DNA from: an uncultured Candidatus Saccharibacteria bacterium
GTDB lineage: Bacteria; Patescibacteriota; Saccharimonadia; Saccharimonadales; CAYLGV01
DNA: 64,000 bases
Assembly (NCBI GenBank): GCA_964394925.1
Contig: CAYMZG010000005.1
Span: 26,873-90,872 of the forward strand
Direction of reading: 5' to 3'
Made by a program: the position numbers and the translations under genes. A model generated the notes under the pieces. The model had not been told where the DNA came from and ran no database searches. It was given only the letters and a program-made list of their open reading frames with translations. Of the stretch, positions 17,075 through 25,683 are shown piece by piece (within the stretch, counting starts at the first letter, position 1; each line of letters starts with the position of its first letter).

Positions 17075-18436
17075 CTAAAGGGCTACATTAGCTGGGTCAT
17101 CGCCCGAAGGTGCTGGGGCCGGAGCTGGGGCTACGGTTGCTCCTGGAGCGTTTTGATCTGCGATTTGATCTGCATGAGGAGGCGTGACGGTGGCGCCACC
17201 GGGTTCAACAACGCTGGTTGCTGGCGGTGTTGCCGTTGCTACGCCTGCAGCGGCTGCCTCTTTTTGCTGCTCTTTCTCGAGCAGTTCATTGAGATTTGTT
17301 TCATTTTTGGATAGGTCATTAATTGGTTGAATGATCTTTTTCTGAGTACTGCCATTTCCGGAGCTGTTATCTGGTGCTTCGATAATCGGTGGTGCTTCTT
17401 TCACAGGTATGGTGGTGGTTGGCTCGAGTGTCGTTAAGCCGGTAGCCGGTGATTCTGAGTTAGTTTGCGGCTCGAGTGTGTCAGCTGCCGCTTCAGCATT
17501 CGGGGCTGGTGCGCTACTTTTAATGGCTGGTACTTCAGGCGCTGGTGGCTCGTTACTTGGCACGGTGGCTACAAACTGATCAATCTGTGACTTAATTTGT
17601 TCGTTTTCGGCTTCTGCCGGAGCTGCTAGGTTTTGATCGACATCGGTGGTTGGTAGGGTTGGTGCTGGTTCATTGCTGGCAGGAGCCGGTTCTGCTGGTG
17701 TAGCTGGTGTTGGTGCAGCTTCTGCTACGGGCGCGTCGCCGGCCTCGGGTGCTGGGGCGGTTGGTTCTGCGGGTTCTGTCGGTGCGGCGCTATCGGTTAC
17801 GGGTGTATCAGCCCCGGGAGCAGCCGGACTTGTAGATGCTGGGTCTTCAGTGGTAGTAGGCACTGCGGGTGATACTGCAGGAGCATCCGAAGGTGCTGTT
17901 TGATCACTTTGATCAGTCACGGGTGCTGCTGCCGAGGTGGCATCAGTTGCGGGTGGTGTTGAAGTGTCTACGGGTGCTGCGTCTGCTGGCGTAGCGGCTG
18001 AAGTATCGGCCACAGGTGCGGTCGGATCAATTACCGCTGTTCCTGCAGTAGTGGCTGTCTGATCGGATTGACCATCGAGTACCTCTTTAGCTACTTTGGC
18101 AACATCTTCGAGTGTAACTTGTGATTTTACGAGGTAACGGTCGGCGCCGAGCTTGTCGGCACGATTCTTATCTTCGGCCTGGCTGAGTGCGGTCATCATA
18201 ATAACTTTAGTGTCACGGGTTTCAGGCGTGCTGCGCAGTAGGTCGAGCATATCAAAGCCGCTTATCTTGGGCATCATAACGTCGGAAATGATCAGATCAG
18301 GCTTTTCCTTCATGGCTAAACTAAGAGCTTCTTCGCCGTCTTTAGCGCTGATGATTTCGTAGCCTTCTGCCAGCAAACGCGCTTCGTAAATTTCGCGTAG
18401 ATTATTGTCGTCTTCGACGAGCATTATTTTGGTCAT
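17075..18436 (-). CDS. response regulator receiver domain fused to a ~330-aa Pro/Ala/Thr-rich low-complexity tail
   Basis: The REC domain spans MLVEDD...LIISDVMMP...LVKS. The rest is PAT-rich with no output domain visible. Confidence 0.8.
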   Translation of the reverse strand: MTKIMLVEDDNNLREIYEARLLAEGYEIISAKDGEEALSLAMKEKPDLIISDVMMPKISGFDMLDLLRSTPETRDTKVIMMTALSQAEDKNRADKLGADRYLVKSQVTLEDVAKVAKEVLDGQSDQTATTAGTAVIDPTAPVADTSAATPADAAPVDTSTPPATDATSAAAPVTDQSDQTAPSDAPAVSPAVPTTTEDPASTSPAAPGADTPVTDSAAPTEPAEPTAPAPEAGDAPVAEAAPTPATPAEPAPASNEPAPTLPTTDVDQNLAAPAEAENEQIKSQIDQFVATVPSNEPPAPEVPAIKSSAPAPNAEAAADTLEPQTNSESPATGLTTLEPTTTIPVKEAPPIIEAPDNSSGNGSTQKKIIQPINDLSKNETNLNELLEKEQQKEAAAAGVATATPPATSVVEPGGATVTPPHADQIADQNAPGATVAPAPAPAPSGDDPANVAL

Positions 18437-18512
18437 GAGTTACCCTCGTTAAATCGTGCTAATGCTTTATGGTGTTCAGTGTAGCATATCTGGCCAGTGG
18501 TGAATAGTAACT

Positions 18513-20252
18513 TCATGACATTGCTGCCCCAACTGGTTTTTGTGCTTCTTGCTGTTGTAATTCCATAGCTTTCTGGCTGCTAATACGGGGTACGTTAATG
18601 TAGAAGGTGCTGCCCTTTTTGATTTCGCTCTCTACCCAAATGCGGCCGTGGTAAAGTTCAATAATTTTGCGGCAAATAAACAGGCCCAGTCCTGTGCCAC
18701 CAATCGTTCGAGTGGCGGAGTTGTCGACTCGATAAAACTTCTGAAATAGGTGTGGTACGTCTTCGGCTGGAATGCCGTTGCCAGTATCACGAATGAAGAA
18801 CTGAATCACTTCGTCGTTACCTGTTAGCCCAACGGATATCTTGCCCGAGTCGGTGTACTTTACGGCATTGTCGAATAAGTTAGTGATTACCTCGCGCATA
18901 CGGTCGGGATCAATGTAGGCATAGTACAGAGGTCGTACTACGCGATCCCCGCCTGCGCTGCTAGATGTGGGGTGGCTGTTGGTGCCCACCGTAAAGTCTA
19001 GGAGTAGCCCTTTTTTCTCGGCGGCAAAACGTAGGCCATCGGTCAGTTGTTCAAGATAGGCACCCATTTCAACTACCACGGGATGATTGACGAGGCGACC
19101 ATCTTCGGCCTTAGCGCTAGTAAGCAGATCCTGGAACAGCTTGCCAAGGTGCTGCGTGCTCTCGTGCGCCTTTTCGAGGTAGCTTCTTGCTTTGCTGTCG
19201 ATGCGAGTGACCTTGTCGTTGAGGGCCAAGGCTAAATATCCCTCAATGGCAGCCACTGGGGTGCGCATCTCGTGGCTAGCGGTACTAATAAAGTCGGCTC
19301 GTCGATGTTCCTCCGTACGCTGTTCGCTCACATCTCGGATGACCGCCACGGCCCCCACTGATTCACTGGTTTTAGGTAGGATGATTGGTGAAATGACCAG
19401 TGAAACAATTTTGTTATTGGCAACATCTTTGTTAATGAGCTGGACAATGTTGGTGACTGTTTTATTGTCATTAACCACTGTTTTGAAGGGATACTGCTCG
19501 GCTGGCAGCTCTCTGCCGTCTTCCATGTTGAACTTAGCTACCAGCTGCACATCCAGGCCTGTGGCTTCGTCGATTGACCAGCCAGTAAGGGCCGAGGCGG
19601 CGGGGTTGAATAAGCTAATCTTGCCTTCAACGTCGGTTACAATCACTCCATCGGTAATGGACTGTAGTAAGATCTCGGCTTGTTGCTGGTTGCTCTTGAG
19701 CGCTCCAGACAGTTTAGCAATCTGAACGTTGACGCGGTCAACATACATTCGCCGCCAGATCATGTAGGTAATGCCGCCCCAAACGTAATTAACTCCCACA
19801 ATAATCAGATTGGTGCTGTTGATAGTAACCTGCCCCTGGCTATTAGTCATGAGCAGAATGAGGTATATGGTGATCAGTACCTCAAAGCTGAGGATCATGT
19901 AGCCACCGAACATGCCACCAAAGAAGAGCAAGGCCAGCCAAAGTATCTCAAATGGTGAATGGAGTTGCCCGGTGCTGTTCACGAAACTGATACATAGCAA
20001 CATCACAAGTAGGTGTAGACCAAAGGTGGCAATTCGAGCGGCATAGTTGCGCGCTAGATAGTTATAGAAAACGGCGCGAAAGATCACCGCAATGGCCGCG
20101 ATAGTACCAGTAATAACGTTAAAGCCGTGTTGCTGCAGATCTTTGAGGGCTGGCACAAAGAACGTAAGCACGCATGCCAGGAGTGTAACGACGGCAACGA
20201 TCGTGAGTAGCCAGCTGTAGAGCTTGTACCAAGATTCTTTTACGGATTGCAT
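18513..20252 (-). CDS. membrane sensor histidine kinase (multi-TM, PAS-like, HisKA, HATPase)
   Basis: H-box FISTASHEMRTPVAAI, N-box NLFDNAVKYT, DTGNGI and GGTGLGL. Confidence 0.85.
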   Translation of the reverse strand: MQSVKESWYKLYSWLLTIVAVVTLLACVLTFFVPALKDLQQHGFNVITGTIAAIAVIFRAVFYNYLARNYAARIATFGLHLLVMLLCISFVNSTGQLHSPFEILWLALLFFGGMFGGYMILSFEVLITIYLILLMTNSQGQVTINSTNLIIVGVNYVWGGITYMIWRRMYVDRVNVQIAKLSGALKSNQQQAEILLQSITDGVIVTDVEGKISLFNPAASALTGWSIDEATGLDVQLVAKFNMEDGRELPAEQYPFKTVVNDNKTVTNIVQLINKDVANNKIVSLVISPIILPKTSESVGAVAVIRDVSEQRTEEHRRADFISTASHEMRTPVAAIEGYLALALNDKVTRIDSKARSYLEKAHESTQHLGKLFQDLLTSAKAEDGRLVNHPVVVEMGAYLEQLTDGLRFAAEKKGLLLDFTVGTNSHPTSSSAGGDRVVRPLYYAYIDPDRMREVITNLFDNAVKYTDSGKISVGLTGNDEVIQFFIRDTGNGIPAEDVPHLFQKFYRVDNSATRTIGGTGLGLFICRKIIELYHGRIWVESEIKKGSTFYINVPRISSQKAMELQQQEAQKPVGAAMS

Positions 20253-20412
20253 TACCTTACAATACCCACCCAGTTGTATATTAGTTGCTTACGCTTATCT
20301 GGGGCTAGTATACAGTGTTATCCCTGTTTTGACGAGACATTGACTGGACGGTTCATCCCTGTTGTGGTAAGATTTTTACTTGTCTGGAGATATGGCTTGC
20401 CACATTCACCAC

Positions 20413-20489
20413 GGCCCCGTCGTCTAGCGGTTTAGGATATCTGGTTCTCATCCAGAAGATCGCGGGTTCGAATCCCGCCGGGGTCACCA
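20413..20489 (+). tRNA. tRNA-Glu (anticodon CUC), CCA encoded
   Basis: Hand-folded cloverleaf: acceptor GGCCCCG/CGGGGTC, anticodon arm TCTGG-TTCTCAT-CCAGA, T arm GCGGG-TTCGAAT-CCCGC. Confidence 0.9.
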
Positions 20490-20528
20490 AAGTAAAAGGC
20501 TCATCGAAAGATGGGCCTTTTACTTTGG
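20487..20528 (+). terminator. 19-bp hairpin (GAAA loop) that begins inside the tRNA CCA
   Basis: CCAAAGTAAAAGGCTCATC-GAAA-GATGGGCCTTTTACTTTGG. Confidence 0.5.
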
Positions 20529-20636
20529 TTAGGTCTCGCCAGAGACTCCGAAGCCGCAGCGTTCGATCTTCAGGCCCGCTCGCAAGTGCTTGCACTGAGA
20601 ACGGGCGCGGAAGTAAACATCCCGCCGGGGTAACGA
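20529..20636 (+). repeat. tRNA-linked GC-rich structured module, member A, ending in a copy of the tRNA-Glu 3' end
   Basis: Core GCAAGTGCTTGCACTGAG at 20582-20599. ATCCCGCCGGGGT at 20619-20631 matches tRNA positions 20472-20484. Confidence 0.6.
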
Positions 20637-20648
20637 GATGCTTGTACT

Positions 20649-20676
20649 AAAAGACTTTCTCTTGAAGGTCTTTTTT
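20649..20676 (+). terminator. intrinsic terminator
   Basis: AAAAGACTTTC-TCTT-GAAGGTCTTTT stem, with the T run extending to 6 nt. Confidence 0.7.
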
Positions 20677-20737
20677 GCTCATGCTTGCAAAATGCCAAGA
20701 TAATAGTATTCTTTTCACATTAATTTGGATTTATGTT

Positions 20738-21148
20738 ATGGGAAATATGGAACAGATAACGGGTGGCGAGTTGCCTACAACCGCTGCAGTAGAGCTCATG
20801 TTAGAGGCAGTTAATCGCGCAAGTTTTAGAAGTACAGACAGTGGTCACTTTAGGGTTGCAGGAGGTGATGCAGCTGGTACGATCAACGTTGATCGAAATC
20901 CAGTAGTCGTAACTGATGATGGCAGAGCCCACGAGACTCATAATTTCATCCGGGCGTGTGTTGGCCCCGAGGATGAGGATATAGACACTTCCTTTTGGGA
21001 AGAGCAAACAGTCATCGACCTGAATTTTAGCAATAAACCTGCCCTCTCATTCCATAAGGGCAAAAAAGAGTGGGTGTATGGTTCAGGCAAACCGCCAAAG
21101 AAGTTTGTCCTCAAAGCGTTAACTCGTCTCGGGTTAGATAGCCTGTAG
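20738..21148 (+). CDS. hypothetical protein
   Basis: The start was moved to the first ATG (MGNMEQITGG). The track start is a TTG inside the terminator. Confidence 0.45.
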   Translation: MGNMEQITGGELPTTAAVELMLEAVNRASFRSTDSGHFRVAGGDAAGTINVDRNPVVVTDDGRAHETHNFIRACVGPEDEDIDTSFWEEQTVIDLNFSNKPALSFHKGKKEWVYGSGKPPKKFVLKALTRLGLDSL

Positions 21149-21311
21149 GCACCCTATCGCCCAGGCGCATAAAGACTAGCTCGAGGATGCTCTGTACCCC
21201 AACAACGCCTCATGAACGGGTGCTAAATTTTCAGGTGTTGGATCACGTCGAATAACTCCATAGCTGTAAGCATAAGCATTTACAATAAACTTGTAGAATT
21301 ATCAACAAAGT

Positions 21312-21339
21312 TTTACATTGTCAGCACGAAGCCTATAAT
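21312..21339 (+). promoter_or_regulatory. putative promoter
   Basis: TTTACA, 16 nt, TATAAT. It lies about 50 nt upstream of the GGAGG RBS of the next gene. Confidence 0.5.
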
Positions 21340-21389
21340 GAGACTACCGACTTGTGAGGGGGTAACATTAATTAACTTTGGAGGCTGTT

Positions 21390-22067
21390 ATGACACAACC
21401 CAACGTCCAAGCTGTGCGAAGTAATACGCTCAGCACCTTTTTAGCAACATTAATCGGCATGTTAATTGCGGTGCCGGTAGCGGCTTATATCTCAACAACC
21501 GTGCTTAAATCACAGATTGCGCGTGCCGAGAGCGTGCAACAAACAGCACAAGTAACTCCTCAAGTGAGCGCAAGTCAATCAGTAGCAGGTGGTAGTTGCA
21601 CTGCTCCAGTCACACAGTCTGCAGATGCGGGTGCTCCTTCACTCACATCATTGGTTGGTGGCCATGGCTTGCCAGCCCCTTACGCAACTGCACTTGCTAC
21701 CAACATTAGTCAGAGCTACACCACCACAAATAATACAACCAACAATAATACGAATAGCTATAACACTGATTCATACAATACTACGAAGACCAAGGGTAGC
21801 TACAACACTGGTAACAACACAAACTCGAACAATCCAGTGACCACTTCAAGCAACACAACCAATACAACCACCACCACAAATAACGATTCTAGTAACAGTA
21901 ATAACAACAATACGAACAACAGTAGCGTTGGCTCCAACAACAATACCGACTCAAACAACACGACCAACACTAGCAGCAGTTCATCGACAACCACTAACAC
22001 CACGCCAGTACAAGATGCAAGCAACGTAATTGTACTGAACAACAGCCCGATAGATCTCAGTCTCTAG
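21390..22067 (+). CDS. membrane-anchored Asn/Thr/Ser-rich low-complexity protein
   Basis: The ATG follows a GGAGG RBS. N-terminal TM segment LSTFLATLIGMLIAVPVAAYI. The C-terminal ~120 aa are almost only N/T/S. Confidence 0.6.
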   Translation: MTQPNVQAVRSNTLSTFLATLIGMLIAVPVAAYISTTVLKSQIARAESVQQTAQVTPQVSASQSVAGGSCTAPVTQSADAGAPSLTSLVGGHGLPAPYATALATNISQSYTTTNNTTNNNTNSYNTDSYNTTKTKGSYNTGNNTNSNNPVTTSSNTTNTTTTTNNDSSNSNNNNTNNSSVGSNNNTDSNNTTNTSSSSSTTTNTTPVQDASNVIVLNNSPIDLSL

Positions 22068-22173
22068 TTTGGTTAATGCAAAACGTAACAAGGCCGCTTG
22101 CCGGCCCTTGTTACGTTGACGCGACAGCTAAAGAACGCTCTCGCTTTCAATCTTTACCTTGGCTCACGCCCTA

Positions 22174-22716
22174 TTAACAATATGGTGTGTAGGCCATGGA
22201 TACCATGCCGGAATAGATAAGACCATACCAATCAGTATGAATGTAAATGTAGTACCACCAATTGTCATTTCCGCCGTAAGTGTCAACAGACGTAACTACA
22301 TTACCCCACCACTGAAAACCGGCGCCAGCTGAGGTCCGTATACCTGGCGTCGTAAGATCCTTATTGCTTGCGGTATTCACGGTAATCGAGACCTTACCTC
22401 TAGTGTTTGCGGGCTTGGTGGCGATTACGCGAAGTTTGTAACCATACGGTGTCATAATTTTGCAGGCTGATGCGGTAAAGCCGTTCTGGTATATGACACG
22501 TCCGTAAGTACCAGCTTTGCTCTTAAGCGTACGTTCTTGATATTTTGAGAAACCCGTGTAGCTAATCGTGCTTAGCAACAGTACTGCCGCAGAGGCAACC
22601 AGAACTACCCTGAATAACTTTGTGGGGTTGCTGAAGGGCCCTGGCTTAGAAGCACTGCCAACCTTTGCGGTGGACTTTGCCTTCAAGGTGGGTTTAAGTT
22701 TTTTAGGTTTTTTCAT
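22174..22716 (-). CDS. secreted or membrane-anchored hypothetical protein
   Basis: The start was moved to MKKPKKLK (ATG 22716), which follows AAGGAG. It has an N-terminal TM or signal segment and a Trp/Tyr-rich C-terminus. Confidence 0.6.
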   Translation of the reverse strand: MKKPKKLKPTLKAKSTAKVGSASKPGPFSNPTKLFRVVLVASAAVLLLSTISYTGFSKYQERTLKSKAGTYGRVIYQNGFTASACKIMTPYGYKLRVIATKPANTRGKVSITVNTASNKDLTTPGIRTSAGAGFQWWGNVVTSVDTYGGNDNWWYYIYIHTDWYGLIYSGMVSMAYTPYC

Positions 22717-22725
22717 GTTTATCTC

Positions 22726-22759
22726 CTTATTGAAGTTTATAAGCATAAACTTCAATAAG
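22726..22759. promoter_or_regulatory. perfect 15-4-15 inverted repeat in a divergent intergenic region
   Basis: CTTATTGAAGTTTAT-AAGC-ATAAACTTCAATAAG. It overlaps the minus-strand gene's SD complement at 22723-22728. Confidence 0.5.
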
Positions 22760-22795
22760 TCAAGTTCATGCCTGGTTTTGATATACAATGGTGCT

Positions 22796-24367
22796 ATGCA
22801 TAAGCGCAGCAGCTTCCTTTTAGTACTTGGTTTGATTGTAACGTTTTTCAGCCTAAGCTTCCCTGCTGTTACGAGTGCGGTACCGTCCCAAGTTTCGGAG
22901 CAAACCCCATCTGGGGTGATATCTGGTGGCGGCTGTGGGCAGAGCAATGCACCTTCATTTCAGGCGTTGATTGGGGCAAAAAAGGATACTTACGTTGTGT
23001 ATGTCCGACTAGCTCGTAGCGGCCAAAATGCATCATCAAGTATATATTTTCAATCATTTCAAGGTGGTAGCTGTCAGCTGATCGGAACGACTTTGGCCAG
23101 AGGTGACGGCTGGCAACCGGTCGGTACTTGGTCAGTCAACGGCCCGGCCGAGGCTGGCAATTTTGTTCTTCAATCAGGAGCAATTGACAGTGCTCCATCC
23201 GCCAACCGGCCCACCATAATGCTAGTTTCAAAGACCAAACCAGCCTGTCAGCCCACCGTCGAATGTTATGTGAACCTTGATGGCCAAACGGGCATCGTAC
23301 GCCCCACTGGTACGCTGTTAAACGAGGATACCTTGCATGTTGTTACGGCCATCGACCCAGCTGATGATCAGCTTCAAAAAGTTACCTATTATGTCGATGA
23401 CCGCTCGGTGTATACCACCACTTCGCTGGAGCCATTCAACACACACTATGTTGGCCTGGGCGCTCACACGCTTACGCGAGTAGCGACCTACGCTTCCGGG
23501 CAATCAATTGTATTCAGTTCGACGTATGACAATGGCTACGACAACCCGGCCGTTTTATTTGTGAGCATTTTATATGGACAAAATACGGCCTTTAAGATCA
23601 TGCTCATCATTTTTGTTATTGCATGCGCGTGGTTGTTGTTCCGTGGCATTCTTCGAGCCATTCATAAGCGCCGCGTATGGAAGAAGACACATATCTTAAA
23701 GCCTGCTGGTAAGACCCCGCGCCCATCGGCTAAGCCAGCCGCAACAGAAGCGGCACATTTTACCAAGCCGGACAGCACGCTAAAGTTGGCAGCACAGTGG
23801 ACGACCGTTATTCTGTCGGTGGCTGCTGCTGTTATTCTGCTCGTTGCCGTGCTGTATAACTTTGTCATTCAGATCTATCAGGTTGATGGTCCGAGTATGC
23901 AGACCACACTTCATACCGGCCAACACTTACTTGTTAATCGTCTGGGGCGCACATGGGCTCGAGTGGACCGCAAAAAATACGTTCCTAAAAGGGGTAGTAT
24001 TGTGGTTTTCAACAAACAACAGGCCAGCCAGCTTTCGCTGGATGTGTCCCAAGAACAAAGTTACGTTGTAAAGCGTATTATTGGCTTGCCCGGCGAACGT
24101 GTGACACTTAACGCTGGCAAGTTCCACGTGTACAATGCTCAGTTCCCACAGGGTTTTGACCCAGACGCCAACCACTCATGGTCGAGTAATATACAGGCCG
24201 CTCCCTCATATGAATCGGTTGATATAACGCTTGGCCCTGACGAGGTCTTTGTTAGCGGTGATAATCGTCCTGATTCAGTCGACTCGCGGTCATATGGGGC
24301 CGTTAAGGTCGATAATCTGATAGGTCAGGTTGTCTTGCGTATCTCGCCCCAGTTCAAAATTTTCTAA
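22796..24367 (+). CDS. lepB: signal peptidase I (S26) fused behind a ~350-aa exported N-terminal domain
   Basis: The start was moved to MHKRSSFLLVLG (a signal-peptide-like sequence). The C-terminus has GPSMQTTL, VVKRIIGLPGE and GDNRPDSVDSR. Confidence 0.8.
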   Translation: MHKRSSFLLVLGLIVTFFSLSFPAVTSAVPSQVSEQTPSGVISGGGCGQSNAPSFQALIGAKKDTYVVYVRLARSGQNASSSIYFQSFQGGSCQLIGTTLARGDGWQPVGTWSVNGPAEAGNFVLQSGAIDSAPSANRPTIMLVSKTKPACQPTVECYVNLDGQTGIVRPTGTLLNEDTLHVVTAIDPADDQLQKVTYYVDDRSVYTTTSLEPFNTHYVGLGAHTLTRVATYASGQSIVFSSTYDNGYDNPAVLFVSILYGQNTAFKIMLIIFVIACAWLLFRGILRAIHKRRVWKKTHILKPAGKTPRPSAKPAATEAAHFTKPDSTLKLAAQWTTVILSVAAAVILLVAVLYNFVIQIYQVDGPSMQTTLHTGQHLLVNRLGRTWARVDRKKYVPKRGSIVVFNKQQASQLSLDVSQEQSYVVKRIIGLPGERVTLNAGKFHVYNAQFPQGFDPDANHSWSSNIQAAPSYESVDITLGPDEVFVSGDNRPDSVDSRSYGAVKVDNLIGQVVLRISPQFKIF

Positions 24368-25663
24368 TCAATCGGCATCGGCCTGAACACTCGGTAACTC
24401 CAAGAGATTGGTCGTATAGCGTGGGCTGCGCTGGTTATAAATGGGCCGCCACTGTTGCCCGAGGCTTTCTGTCGCAAAGCGTACGGTGTGTTTGCCGTAG
24501 CGCTCGTTTAGGTTGTCTATGCTGGCCATGCGAGCTGTAGATTTTTCGTAGCAATGATGACTCACCTCTTTTAAAAGATCAAGCTGCAGTTCACTGGCGG
24601 GCACAAAGTCATACAACATAACCCCTGCTCGGTGATAGTATTGGTGCGAATCGTATAGCTTATGAAGTTCTGACACCAAGTCATGAATTAGCTCGCCGGT
24701 GTCGGCGGTTGGTGTGCTGTAAGTTATCTCTTTAAACCATTTTCGGTAGCCGGGTTTATGCCTATTGGTTGTGAGGAATAGGGCGGCTCGTTTGGTGACC
24801 TGGCCACTCCGGCGGAGGCGGAAGGCGGCCTGGGTAGTGAATGTGGCAATGGCGGCTTCGAGTGAGCCCAGGTCGTTTGTATCGTGGCCAAAGGTGCGGG
24901 TTCGGGCAATACTTTTTCGGGATTTACCCTCTTGATCGAGCGGATAGCACGATAGGCCGTTGAGCTCGGCAATTAATTGCCGACCACGGATGCCCATAAG
25001 CTGCTGAGCATGCTTGGGCTGAAGTTGGGCCAGCTGACGCGCGTTCATAATGCCTTCGGCACGCACCTTTGGCGCAAAACGCCAACCAATGCCCCACACG
25101 TCTTGTACTGGCATGGCTTCTAGTTGAAAACGGACATTTCGAGCTGGCTCCCCAACGAAGTTAAGTACACCGTGTAGTTCAGGGTCTTTCTTGGCGCGCT
25201 CGCTGGCCAGCTTGGCAAGGGTTTTTGTAGGGGCGATGCCAATTGAGACCGGTATGCCTACCCAGCGCCAGATCGCTTCACGAACGTGTTGCCCCCAGGC
25301 TACATAATCTTTGATGGGCAGTTCCTGGAGATCGAGAAATGATTCGTCAACAGAGTACACTTCAATACGCGGTGTTATAGAGGTGAGAACTTCGGTAATA
25401 CGTCTGGAAATATCGCCGTACAGATCAAAATTAGCACTAAACTGCACCACGCCATGCCGCTTAAAAATATCACGATGTTTAAACGCGGCTCCAGCCATGG
25501 GGATGCCGAGCGCCTTAGCCTCGTTACTGCGAGCCACCACACAGCCGTCGTTACTACTGAGCACTACTACGGGGGTTGTGGCCAAATCTGGTCGGAACAC
25601 TCGCTCGCAACTGACGAAGAAGTTATTGCAGTCAATAAGGGCAAAGATCGGCGGCTTTTTCAT
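24368..25663 (-). CDS. umuC: Y-family translesion DNA polymerase, UmuC-like
   Basis: [21 protein letters not shown] and SVDESFLDL. The start was moved to MKKPPIF (ATG 25663). Confidence 0.85.
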   Translation of the reverse strand: MKKPPIFALIDCNNFFVSCERVFRPDLATTPVVVLSSNDGCVVARSNEAKALGIPMAGAAFKHRDIFKRHGVVQFSANFDLYGDISRRITEVLTSITPRIEVYSVDESFLDLQELPIKDYVAWGQHVREAIWRWVGIPVSIGIAPTKTLAKLASERAKKDPELHGVLNFVGEPARNVRFQLEAMPVQDVWGIGWRFAPKVRAEGIMNARQLAQLQPKHAQQLMGIRGRQLIAELNGLSCYPLDQEGKSRKSIARTRTFGHDTNDLGSLEAAIATFTTQAAFRLRRSGQVTKRAALFLTTNRHKPGYRKWFKEITYSTPTADTGELIHDLVSELHKLYDSHQYYHRAGVMLYDFVPASELQLDLLKEVSHHCYEKSTARMASIDNLNERYGKHTVRFATESLGQQWRPIYNQRSPRYTTNLLELPSVQADAD

Positions 25664-25683
25664 GGTTTTACTGCCAGCTGTGC

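Noticed and set aside
17646-17903. 85-aa Gly/Ala/Ser-rich plus-strand ORF, and the 80-aa Leu/Val-rich ORF at 21800-22042
   Set aside because: Both are antisense mirror images of low-complexity coding regions: the PAT-rich regulator tail and the N/T/S-rich protein.
20339-20372. TTGACT ... TAAGAT as the tRNA-Glu promoter
   Set aside because: The spacer is 22 nt, too long for a sigma-70-type promoter. No better hexamer pair was found, so no promoter is called.
20353-20595. Track ORFs overlapping the tRNA loci (20353-20595, 35912-36313, 36143-36334, 41809-42270, 41873-42382, 42135-42377)
   Set aside because: They are antisense to, or read through, tRNA genes and the GC-rich modules. Stop-free frames there are explained by GC-rich structured DNA.
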